Source: Methanobacteriota archaeon (lineage in GTDB: Archaea > Thermoplasmatota > Thermoplasmata > SG8-5 > JAGLSY01). From it: a stretch of DNA of 64,000 nt. The DNA lies in NCBI GenBank assembly GCA_020696385.1, contig JAEHCQ010000006.1, forward strand, positions 1 to 64,000, in the 5' to 3' direction. Every line of letters starts with the position of its first letter. Position 1 is the first letter of the stretch. A model generated the notes under the pieces. That model was not told where the DNA came from and ran no database searches. It saw nothing but the letters and a program-made list of their open reading frames with translations. Below are positions 53,743 through 62,894 of the stretch, in pieces. Both the position numbers and the translations under genes were made by a program.

Positions 53743-55935
53743 TCACTCCAGCTTCTGTATCTCTCCACAATGTGGACACATGACCTCAATTGGTCGCCTG
53801 GAAGTTGTGACTTCAATGGGTTTCTCACAATTGGCACAGCCGACAATGGCTGCAGATCCTGATGCTGATGGTACAGTACTTCTCTTCTCTGTCCAGCTTT
53901 TATTATCCAGAATTTTATTGTATTTCAAATTGTTAATGGCCTTTCTCTGTCTCATGACCATGAAGGTACACAATAGGACGAGCACGAGTATGAAAAAGGT
54001 CAGGATGGGTATTCCGAATATCGTATTGTACCAAAGTGGATTATTGCTGTGATCTATCGTGATGATCTCGCTGGTGGATCCACCAATATCTGTCGTGGCG
54101 TAGAAGACCTGATCGCCTTCGTCTATGTTATTCGGGATCTTGTAAAGCAATCTGCCAGTTCCCAATTGCGTATGCAGGGTGATCGTTTGTCCATTTATCA
54201 ACCCATAGGTGATCATGAAGGTCGATGGTATCCTGGACTGCCCTTGTGGGATTATCTCATAATCTACCGCCAATGTATCTCCTGGAGAATAGGAACCTCG
54301 GTTGAATTCCAATTTGAGAAGATATCCTGTGAATAGATCTGATGAATGCTCTCCATGGACAATTATACCATCTTGGCTGGCATAAACTGTGAATATGTAT
54401 CTTTGAGATGGGACATCTGGCACAATGAAGCCAAAGCTTCCACCTAATGCGATTCCTTCTGCGACGACCGAGTTGTCAGTGTCAGTTATTGTGTAGAATA
54501 CTTTTGGATTGGTCATCAGGGTGCTTACCACCTCGTACGAGATCAGGATATTATCCTCTGCCAGATAGCTTGCTTGATCCGCATTGACCAGTACGATGGC
54601 ATAATTCACCTTGACAAGCTTCGTAACATTGACCCTGTTCCCCTGGCCATCATCCACTGTGACCTGGAGCCACAACCATCCTTTGAAATCATTAAGTATG
54701 GAATATGAGAATTCATATGAATTCTTGGTATCTCTCGAGAACAGATCGCCAGAATCACTGCCATCTCGAACTTCATAGATATAGGTGAATGAGCTAACAG
54801 GTCCCAATCCCGAGGCTACAGCACTGACATTCAGGAAAAGAGTTTCACCACTCACATATTCATCTTTGTCAAGACTTAGAACTAGAGTGATCGAAGGAAA
54901 TTGTGAGATCTTGAATGAGGCTATTTTTATATTGCTGTTAAGGGCCTTATCCCATTTGTAGGCCGAAACTTCTACTTCATATTCTGTTCCATTTGTGTAA
55001 CTGATATTGGCTCCCTGGTCATTGTTCAATTGTAGAATATGCCTCAGGCTTCCATGTGAATCTGTAGTAAGTCCCAAAGCGGAATCCAATGGATCGCTGT
55101 GGTCGTTCTTCTTGTAGATCTTAATGTCCAATGTACATCCAGGTTCTGCTATCCCATAAGATGCGGATTCATTTCCCACATATGTCTGCACATCTATGAA
55201 CATGAGAGAGCCGAGGGAATACTGGGTCTTGTCTAGGTTCACCTGCACTCCCAGGGATTGGATTGTAAAATTTGCCCTTGAATATTGATACCTCTTTGCA
55301 AAGGCCTGTGTATCATTGAACCATCCATCAACCCAGTAATTGGCTGTTTTGTCAAAAGTATTGCGGATCTCGAAAGAAGTGCTTCCTGCTGGGCTTCTGA
55401 AATCCTTCTCCTCCAGCATTGTTGTGTCATTCCATATCCTTATTACCAAATAGCCGTCCGGTGGTAGTGTCTGATCTTTAAGGTGATTGGCGGTCCAGAA
55501 TATCTTGATCTCATCTCCAACAAGGTAAGCACTCCTGTCTGTTTCTATGCTCAGAGTGTATGATTGTATCTTATATGGTATCTCATCAACTATGGTGCCC
55601 ATGTGCCATACACGGATCACATATGTTCCATCTGGTGTTGTGTCACCTATTTGGTATGTGAGTTTGGCACTTCCATCCTCTCCTATCTTGAAATTATTTA
55701 CAAGTGGGTTCTCGCTTCCAGGGGTCACTATTGTTAGATTGTAGACATCTTCTGGACTTGCGTGCAATATCATCTCGATGGTCTCACCAGGTACATAAGT
55801 GCTATTGCCTGTGTATCTGCTGGGTATCAATTCCAATCGATCCCAGGTGGCGGAAGTATTTCCCGGGGTGAAAGTGAAGGTGAAGGCCAATGCTAGAAGT
55901 ATTGAAATTATGATTCTCATATGGTTTTTTTTCAT
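53743..55935 (-). CDS. Surface protein with ~6 Ig/MG-like repeats, TM helix and cytoplasmic zinc ribbon
   Basis: Signal peptide from MKKNH (AAGGAG RBS); repeats (T/L)D(R/K)..Y..G; TM; CANC...CPHC. Confidence 0.85.
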   Translation of the reverse strand: MKKNHMRIIISILLALAFTFTFTPGNTSATWDRLELIPSRYTGNSTYVPGETIEMILHASPEDVYNLTIVTPGSENPLVNNFKIGEDGSAKLTYQIGDTTPDGTYVIRVWHMGTIVDEIPYKIQSYTLSIETDRSAYLVGDEIKIFWTANHLKDQTLPPDGYLVIRIWNDTTMLEEKDFRSPAGSTSFEIRNTFDKTANYWVDGWFNDTQAFAKRYQYSRANFTIQSLGVQVNLDKTQYSLGSLMFIDVQTYVGNESASYGIAEPGCTLDIKIYKKNDHSDPLDSALGLTTDSHGSLRHILQLNNDQGANISYTNGTEYEVEVSAYKWDKALNSNIKIASFKISQFPSITLVLSLDKDEYVSGETLFLNVSAVASGLGPVSSFTYIYEVRDGSDSGDLFSRDTKNSYEFSYSILNDFKGWLWLQVTVDDGQGNRVNVTKLVKVNYAIVLVNADQASYLAEDNILISYEVVSTLMTNPKVFYTITDTDNSVVAEGIALGGSFGFIVPDVPSQRYIFTVYASQDGIIVHGEHSSDLFTGYLLKLEFNRGSYSPGDTLAVDYEIIPQGQSRIPSTFMITYGLINGQTITLHTQLGTGRLLYKIPNNIDEGDQVFYATTDIGGSTSEIITIDHSNNPLWYNTIFGIPILTFFILVLVLLCTFMVMRQRKAINNLKYNKILDNKSWTEKRSTVPSASGSAAIVGCANCEKPIEVTTSRRPIEVMCPHCGEIQKLE

Positions 55936-56297
55936 GGTCCTACTCCTTCTGGGCCCCTTCAGGCGTGGAACATGTACCATTTTCCCCGTCCAGTTCCCAC
56001 TGGCAGTATAATATCTTAGAGTATATATATAAGTTTGTACAAGGCTTTGTAAATATTTAAATCTATTTTTAATATATATTAATAATAATTATTTAATAAT
56101 TATATATTTAAATAATATTTATTATGCTATATTTTATTTTTACTTAAGTTATACATAATATACTAAAAAAGAATATAAATAATAATATATATTTAATCGT
56201 ATTTATTATCCAGTGAATCAATATAATTTAATATCATTTATAATATATTATTATCTATATGGAACTTTTAACACAGGTGTTATAAACTTATTGGGGC

Positions 56298-57590
56298 TTA
56301 TTCTCTCTCAATAAGTCTCTGTCCAACTGCCTGTGCTCTCTCTTTTATATCACTCTCGTCCAATGTTTTTAAGACCCTGTTTCGCATGGTCATTTGCCCA
56401 TCGATCAATAGATCTCTCACATTATTCGATTGACATGAATAGACCAAATGAGATATGATATTTTCCCTTACGGCTGGTATCATGTTCGCCTTATTCAGAT
56501 CAATGATCGCCAGGTCTGCCTTTTTCCCGATCTCGATACTGCCTATCTCATCATCCATTTTCAGAGCCCTTGCGCCATCGATCGTGGCCATATCAAGAAC
56601 TTTCTGAGCTGGAAGCACAGTGGCATCCCACCTGTGCGCTTTATGCAATAGCGCACATGTTTTCATTTCACAGAACATGTCCAGGCCATTATTGGAAGAC
56701 GAACCATCAGTTCCGAGGCCCACCACCACTCCATTATCGAACATCTCTGGAAGTGGTGCGACACCGCCAGTTGCCAGTTTCATATTGGATACTGGGCAAT
56801 GTGCTACTTTTGCTCCTTTATTTGCCAAAGCTCTCACTTCATTGATGGTCACCCAGCCACAATGGGCCGCGATAAGTCTATCTGAAATGAAGCCGATATC
56901 GTCCAGCCAGTGTACGGGTCTTTTTCCATATTTCTTCTCATGCTCGTACACTTCCATCCTCGTCTCGGAAAGGTGCGTGTGAGTCAACGTATTTTCTTTC
57001 TCTGCAAGTTCCTGTGTTCTGGTATAGGTCTCTTCATTGCAGACATAGACTCCCTGTGGAGCTGGAAGTGGGTATATTCTTTCCTTATTCTTGTGTTCGG
57101 AAATGAATCTCGCGGCATTGTCAACCGGATTTCCTTTTTGGGTGGTGAACTCTTCATCCAGTACGGCCCATCCAAGGAATCCACGCATCCCAGAAGCTTC
57201 AGTGGCCTTCGCCATCTCATCTTGAAAATAATACAGATCTAAGAAAGAGGTCGTACCGCCCTTCATCATCTCGACGGTTCCCAGCTCTGTTCCCAATCTG
57301 ACATCTTCCCTGGTGCGCCTGCCATCCACCTCGAATGTCTTGTTCAGGAAGGCATCCAGATGGACATCATCCGCAATTCCTCTCATAAGTGTCATGGATA
57401 TGTGAGTGTGGAGGTTGATAAGTCCAGGGATCACTGCGCATCCTGTGCCATCTATTGTTTTATCCGCATTATCTGTGATATCGCCGACAGCACTGATCTT
57501 TCCACCTTCTATGAGAATATCTCCTTTTATCAATTCTCTCTTGTGGTTCTGAGTCACTATCCATGCATTACTTATCTTCAAGGATTCCAT
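56298..57590 (-). CDS. Metal-dependent amidohydrolase (MTA/SAH/5'-deoxyadenosine deaminase-like)
   Basis: PGLINLHTH, HTHLSET, AHC, HCP.SN.KL, GTDG..SNN, G.IE.GK.AD. Confidence 0.9.
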   Translation of the reverse strand: MESLKISNAWIVTQNHKRELIKGDILIEGGKISAVGDITDNADKTIDGTGCAVIPGLINLHTHISMTLMRGIADDVHLDAFLNKTFEVDGRRTREDVRLGTELGTVEMMKGGTTSFLDLYYFQDEMAKATEASGMRGFLGWAVLDEEFTTQKGNPVDNAARFISEHKNKERIYPLPAPQGVYVCNEETYTRTQELAEKENTLTHTHLSETRMEVYEHEKKYGKRPVHWLDDIGFISDRLIAAHCGWVTINEVRALANKGAKVAHCPVSNMKLATGGVAPLPEMFDNGVVVGLGTDGSSSNNGLDMFCEMKTCALLHKAHRWDATVLPAQKVLDMATIDGARALKMDDEIGSIEIGKKADLAIIDLNKANMIPAVRENIISHLVYSCQSNNVRDLLIDGQMTMRNRVLKTLDESDIKERAQAVGQRLIERE

Positions 57591-57724
57591 AACATCTCCT
57601 CTATAGGAGTTGGTAAATCGCGCATTGATTAAATAATTGATGATATCTGTATTGTGTTAAGTAATATGATTAATTAATTACGACAATACAGTTATTCGCA
57701 TATTTATTTAAGTACAACTATTTA

Positions 57725-58297
57725 TTATGCCGGTAATGGATGATCAAAGTAATCTTGTTTGATGTCATCTCCTGTAATGTCAAGATATATCTGCGTGGTC
57801 GTCAGGGATGAATGACCTAACATCTTCTGTACAGTCCTTAGATTCATACCCGCCTTGAGGCAATGCACGGCGAAGGAGTGCCTCAGCATGTGTGGGTGGA
57901 CATGCTGGGTGATGCCCGCTCTTTTCCCGTATTCTGCTACTAATCGCTCTATCTGGCGAGTGGATATCCTCTCGCTGACAGCGGATTGGAATAAGAATCC
58001 CGTTTCAGATATGTGGTCGCCAGTTCTCTCATTACTTATGAAATGCTCCACCATGTCCAGTGTATAGTGGTCGACAGGCACTATGCGGTCCTTGCCGCCC
58101 TTTCCCTGTCTAACAATAAGATCATTATCATTGAACATGATATTCTCTATTTTGAGATCGGCCAACTCTGAAACTCGTAATCCACACCTGTAAAGGATCC
58201 TGAGGATCAATCGATCCCGGATATTATTCCTATCCGGTGCATTAAGTAATTTCTGGATCTCGCGCTCTTTTAGATATTTTGGCAGTGTCTTCGCCAT
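57725..58297 (-). CDS. XerC/D-like tyrosine recombinase, catalytic domain only (~190 aa)
   Basis: LPKYL start, GLRVSE, GKGGK.R, HPHMLRHSFA, LGHSSL.TTQIY; no N-terminal core-binding domain. Confidence 0.92.
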   Translation of the reverse strand: MAKTLPKYLKEREIQKLLNAPDRNNIRDRLILRILYRCGLRVSELADLKIENIMFNDNDLIVRQGKGGKDRIVPVDHYTLDMVEHFISNERTGDHISETGFLFQSAVSERISTRQIERLVAEYGKRAGITQHVHPHMLRHSFAVHCLKAGMNLRTVQKMLGHSSLTTTQIYLDITGDDIKQDYFDHPLPA

Positions 58298-58462
58298 ATT
58301 TATCCCATCCTTTGGGATCTCGCATCCCAACCCTATATTCATTTGATGCTTTTTATAATTATCGTATTTTTTAATAGAAAAAGCGACATTAACGCAGTTA
58401 ACTCTGCTCTTGAAAATACTTAATATGTTTTACGACGTCGCCTCTTATATTATATAAATTTG

Positions 58463-58490
58463 ACGTCGTATAATCTATGTTTTACGACAT
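58463..58490. other. dif-like Xer recombination site (11-6-11)
   Basis: ACGTCGTATAA-TCTATG-TTTTACGACAT, arms 9/11 symmetric; extra half-site TTTTACGACGT at 58428-58438; ~170 bp upstream of the recombinase. Confidence 0.6.
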
Positions 58491-58998
58491 CTCTAAGATT
58501 TGCTTATAAATCTTTTGGTAATCGCAACTTTTCACAAATATTGCCATTTTGCAAATTTATTTTTGATAAACTCTAATATTTTTTGATGGTGATCTTCCGA
58601 TCCCTAGAATTTTCAAGATATACATATATAATCATGAAATAATAAAAACATCATGAAACCATGCTTTTCAGAGGTGAAGGGTACACTCCATCGTTGAAAA
58701 CACATATTCTATGCAATCTTAGGCACGAAAACACCTCTTTTCAGAGCTGTTTTTCGTAATTCTCATATAAATTAATGCAAACAGATAATTAATTATTGTA
58801 TTTAATTAATCGTCTTATTAAATAAAGCATTGTACTTAATTCATATGTTTTATTTTTATTTTATTATTTTTATATAATTAAATTAAGCTTAGTCAATTAA
58901 TAATAATCATTGTAAAGTATTTAGCTTAATAATTTATTGTTTTGGCATTAAATGGTGAAAAGCACAATGTTTATCTATTTTCCCCGGGATGTGGGTGC

Positions 58999-60237
58999 GT
59001 GACAGATGAAAATGTGACGAAAGAGAAGGAAGAGGTGGGAATTAAAAAACCAGCTGTTCCAAAGCCAGATGCTGATAATGCTGATAAAAAGCCAGATGGT
59101 ACAGTTCCACCTACAGTTCCAGCAAGCTCGGTTCCAGTAACCAAGCCGACACCAGCTACTCGGCCAGCTCCCACACCCGCTCCAGCCTCATCAAAACCTG
59201 AACCCATGCCAGTAATCGAGATCGCAGACGGTGATGAGGTGATAAAGGTTGTCTCAAAGGAGCCCAAACCCGAAGTCCCGAAACCAGATGGCTCAGATGA
59301 ACCTGCAGATGAAAAGATAAAATGCCCTGTATGTGGCAATCAAAACCCACCAGGATCTACTAAGTGTACGGTATGCTGGACAAACCTTTCTGTGGACTCC
59401 GAAACAAAGAAATTATCTGTGTCCTCTCCCAAAGCCCAGTCTGATATCTTTGAGATGATCGACCTGGAGGATCCAGCAACGCGAAAGAGACTGGAGGAGC
59501 TTACCATGATACCTGGTGTGTCCAGGCGCAAGGCTCTTTATCTTTATAGATCAGGCATAACGAGTCTGGAAGAATTCGTTGAAAAGGCCTTCCATGGGGA
59601 TCAACATGGTGCCAATTATTCCCGTATAGTCGCGAATAAGATCATCGTGAGCAGTATGAGAGGTGAGAAAAAAGAAGAGACTATCACATGCCCTTCTTGT
59701 GATTCCGAAACCGAAGCTGATTCTGTCAATTGCAGGGTGTGTGGTAAACCCATTGAGACTATCGACGTGGCGGAGATCAGTCAAACACTGGGCGATGTTG
59801 CCAATGCCTACCTTGATGAGCTCGTGGAGGACGAGGATTTCGCAGCCCTTCCTGAGGATATGAGGGCGCAGATGGCCTCTATTCTGGAATCCGATTCCGA
59901 GGATGTGAATGATATCTCCGGAGCTGTTGAAATGCTTGGTGAGGAGTTCAAGGAATTGGACATTATCGCACCCGAAAAAACAGCCGAAAAACTGGATGAT
60001 TCTTCTGGAATTAATGCAGATGATGAAGCTGGGGATGGTGTCGCACAAACCGAAAAACAACCCGCAAAAAAGAAAAAGATCAGTACGGAAAAGAGGAAAG
60101 AGGTCCTTGTAAAGAAGATCAAGGACTGGTATGCCGCGGGCTATGATGTTTCAGGTCTCTTTGAGCTTGTGGATGGTGATCTGGATACCTTCAAAGATGC
60201 GGCCAAAGAGATGATCAAAAAAGGCAAGGCTAAATAA
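58999..60237 (+). CDS. Pro-rich, double-zinc-ribbon and helix-hairpin-helix protein of unknown function
   Basis: CPVC...CTVC, IPGVSRRKA..LY..GI HhH, CPSC...CRVC, acidic tail; probable GTG start at 58999. Confidence 0.8.
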   Translation: MTDENVTKEKEEVGIKKPAVPKPDADNADKKPDGTVPPTVPASSVPVTKPTPATRPAPTPAPASSKPEPMPVIEIADGDEVIKVVSKEPKPEVPKPDGSDEPADEKIKCPVCGNQNPPGSTKCTVCWTNLSVDSETKKLSVSSPKAQSDIFEMIDLEDPATRKRLEELTMIPGVSRRKALYLYRSGITSLEEFVEKAFHGDQHGANYSRIVANKIIVSSMRGEKKEETITCPSCDSETEADSVNCRVCGKPIETIDVAEISQTLGDVANAYLDELVEDEDFAALPEDMRAQMASILESDSEDVNDISGAVEMLGEEFKELDIIAPEKTAEKLDDSSGINADDEAGDGVAQTEKQPAKKKKISTEKRKEVLVKKIKDWYAAGYDVSGLFELVDGDLDTFKDAAKEMIKKGKAK

Positions 60238-60410
60238 TAATATACTGTATTATATAAAAATAAAATAATATCTATATCGATATATTTTTAATAATATTTT
60301 TATAAAATTATAATTTATTTATTTTATATTATTAAATATTTAATTCATTTTATATTTTAATTATTATTAATTGTAATGGATATTATATATTATTTAATAG
60401 TGATAATCCT

Positions 60411-60484
60411 CTATATTATCATTCAAAATCATCATCCATTTGATGATGATGATTCCCTATATTATTATTCAAAATCATCATCCA
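60411..60484. repeat. 28-bp direct duplication of the larC 3' end, separated by an inverted copy
   Basis: CTATATTAT(C/T)ATTCAAAATCATCATCCA at 60411-38 and 60457-84, with TGATGATGATGATT between them. Confidence 0.85.
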
Positions 60485-61214
60485 ATATTTGCACTCGTAT
60501 GGCTCCCAGAGTCCCACCAAATTTCTTTGTGCCGGCTCCTGTGCCTGTTTTCTGTGGGATATCGTCCGGCATCTCCATCTGTATCTGTAGAAGTCCGCTT
60601 AAAATGGCGACTCCGGTGGGCGTCGCCATCTCCCCCTCATGAGGGCCTGGCTTGAAGTCCATCGTTTGCAAGATCTCGGCGGTTGCTGGTGCTGGCACAT
60701 CGACGATCCCATGTGCTATTTTGACCTTACCCTTGCCTACTGAAATCGGGGTGCCGCATATCTTTTCATCGTACAATTTCAATTTTTCATAGAAATAGGC
60801 CATACCCAGTATGTCCACAAGAGTATCCGGGCTGCCTGTCTCATGCAGGTGTATGTCATCCATCGAGCATTCGTGAACCTTGGTCTCTGCCACCAGTATG
60901 GTATCCAGTACCTTCCTGGCAAAATCCTTTCCACGCCTGAGCCCGATGATATCCGCGCCCCTCATGATATGTGCCTGCATTTGCCTACCAGAAACATGGG
61001 AGAACTCATCGTGGGTGATGTCTAAGCCAGTTGCTTCAAATGGCTCATCTATCTTTCTTATTCTCACACTGGTCGGGCCCATTACATTGCCTGCTGTTTC
61101 AAGAACCCTGCGTACCTTCTCCCTGTCAAGGATATCAAGGTCTATGAAGGAACTAAGGAGCATATCGCCCGCAACACCCATACTCGAGTCAATGAAGTAC
61201 ATCAGCCCAGGCAT
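60465..61214 (-). CDS. larC: LarC nickel insertase, N-terminal (LarC1) half only
   Basis: GVAGDM.L, AE.KVH......HLHE.G..D..VDI, AHG...VPAPAT, E..TPTG, G.GAG; ends before the LarC2 domain. Confidence 0.88.
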   Translation of the reverse strand: MPGLMYFIDSSMGVAGDMLLSSFIDLDILDREKVRRVLETAGNVMGPTSVRIRKIDEPFEATGLDITHDEFSHVSGRQMQAHIMRGADIIGLRRGKDFARKVLDTILVAETKVHECSMDDIHLHETGSPDTLVDILGMAYFYEKLKLYDEKICGTPISVGKGKVKIAHGIVDVPAPATAEILQTMDFKPGPHEGEMATPTGVAILSGLLQIQMEMPDDIPQKTGTGAGTKKFGGTLGAIRVQILDDDFE

Positions 61215-61274
61215 GACATAGTGGTATAAAACATTATCAAAAATTTAATAGTGGGCCAACACTTTGTCTTGTCA

Positions 61275-62126
61275 ATGACCACAGCTAAAGGCCAATATGA
61301 TGATGTATTTCCAATTCTAGATACCATTAGAAAAGATGACCCTCAGCTGGCCTTACGGTTCGAGAAATTGTGTGGTGTGGTATCTGGCCCCGGAAAGGCA
61401 ATAGTTGCCTATTCGGGCGGAACTGATTCCGCGCTTCTGTCCTACCTTTCCACGAGGTTACTGGATCGCTGCCTGTGTATCACTTTCAATTCATTTCTGA
61501 TATCACATAGTGAGATAAGCCAGGCGATTGCTCTTGCTGAGGAGAATAAGCTGGAACACAGGGTCGTGGAGTTCGATGCCCTTGATAAAGAACCTATTCG
61601 AAATAATCATCCTGAAAGATGTTATCATTGCAAGTCCAGTATCCTGGATGCTATTATTGGGATAGGAAAGATGGAAGGCATCTATGTGATATTCGAAGGA
61701 TCTAACACCAATGATCTGGGCGAGTACCGCCCGGGTAGGAGGGCGGTCGAGGAGAAGGGAGTGAATAGTCCGTTTTTGGATGCTGGCATGAGCAAGGCCG
61801 ATATTCGCAAGATCTCAAGATATTTGGGCCTTAGAACATGGGACCATCCGGCCATGGCATGCCTGGCGACACGATTTCCTTACAATACCGAACTCACCAT
61901 CGTGGGACTTGCCAGAGTGGAGAAGGCGGAGCTAGTCCTTCGTGAAATGGGTTATCTGGATGTCCGGGTGCGAGCACATGGTGGTGTGGCAAGGATCGAA
62001 CTTGGGAGGGAAGAGGAAATCGATATCATTAAATTGAGAGGATCAATTCCGGAATTCAAGGCTCTTGGTTTTAGACATATCACGCTGGACCTTGAGGGAT
62101 ACAGGACGGGGAACTTCGATGAATGA
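61275..62126 (+). CDS. larE: LarE ATP-dependent sulfur transferase ([4Fe-4S]-type motif)
   Basis: PP-loop SGGTDS, RCYHCK, YRPG, ACLATRFP, RVR.HG..ARIE, DL.GYR.G. Confidence 0.92.
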   Translation: MTTAKGQYDDVFPILDTIRKDDPQLALRFEKLCGVVSGPGKAIVAYSGGTDSALLSYLSTRLLDRCLCITFNSFLISHSEISQAIALAEENKLEHRVVEFDALDKEPIRNNHPERCYHCKSSILDAIIGIGKMEGIYVIFEGSNTNDLGEYRPGRRAVEEKGVNSPFLDAGMSKADIRKISRYLGLRTWDHPAMACLATRFPYNTELTIVGLARVEKAELVLREMGYLDVRVRAHGGVARIELGREEEIDIIKLRGSIPEFKALGFRHITLDLEGYRTGNFDE

Positions 62127-62802
62127 TAATCACAACAATCACAATGTGGATCCACATAGAAGTCATAGGACCAATATTCCCGAAGTGGTGCTGGCTCGTT
62201 TCAAGGACAATGATTCTCTGATCAAGTCAGTGGCTGGTCTTTTACCGGGTAAAAGAGTTCTGGTCACCAAGGCCAGCAAAGAGCAATTGACCCTTCTTCT
62301 TGATAATTTCGATCCGTGTGTGGAGATGATGGATGCGGTATCTGGAACTATGGTGATATCTGATACGAGTACCCGTGCGCCAGATATAATTGGCTCCATC
62401 GCGGTTCTCAGTGCTGGATCATCGGATTATTTCGTGGCAGAGGAGGCAAGTGTCTCTGCCGAATACCTGGGTCTGAAAGTGCACCGCTTTTATGACTGCG
62501 GGGTGGCTGGCTTCCACAGAGTGGATGAGGCTTTGCAGGTAATTGATGAGAACAAGGTGGATGCGATAATTGTTGTAGCTGGGATGGAAGGCGCCCTTCC
62601 ATCAGTCATCGCCAGCAGGGTGAAACAGCCCATGATAGCTGTACCCACTTCAGTTGGCTACGGGACAAGTTATGAGGGCATTGCCGCGCTTTTGTCAATG
62701 CTCAATTCCTGTGCTCCCGGGATATCTGTGGTGAATATTGATAATGGATTTGGAGCTGCTGTCTGCGCCTTCAAGATGATGAAATGGATTCATGATAAGT
62801 AG
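62119..62802 (+). CDS. larB: LarB NaAD carboxylase/hydrolase
   Basis: R...PEVV, AGSSD..VAEEA, D.GVAG, AGMEGALPSV, PTSVGYG, LNSC.PG..VVNIDNGFGA. Confidence 0.94.
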   Translation: MNDNHNNHNVDPHRSHRTNIPEVVLARFKDNDSLIKSVAGLLPGKRVLVTKASKEQLTLLLDNFDPCVEMMDAVSGTMVISDTSTRAPDIIGSIAVLSAGSSDYFVAEEASVSAEYLGLKVHRFYDCGVAGFHRVDEALQVIDENKVDAIIVVAGMEGALPSVIASRVKQPMIAVPTSVGYGTSYEGIAALLSMLNSCAPGISVVNIDNGFGAAVCAFKMMKWIHDK

Positions 62803-62894
62803 CTTTGATATCTATCATCTTGTTTTGTGCCATAATCAATATGTGTCTAAGTCTGTCAAAACTCTTATATCATATATCCTATTAGACATTCCCA

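Noticed and set aside
55925-55932. A8 tract after the start codon as a phase-variation site
   Set aside because: Lys-Lys-Asn codons at a signal-peptide start are common; the frame is intact and there is no evidence of slippage.
57725-58940. Provirus or genomic island anchored on the recombinase
   Set aside because: No tRNA att site, flanking direct repeats or viral/plasmid genes; neighbours are ordinary chromosomal genes.
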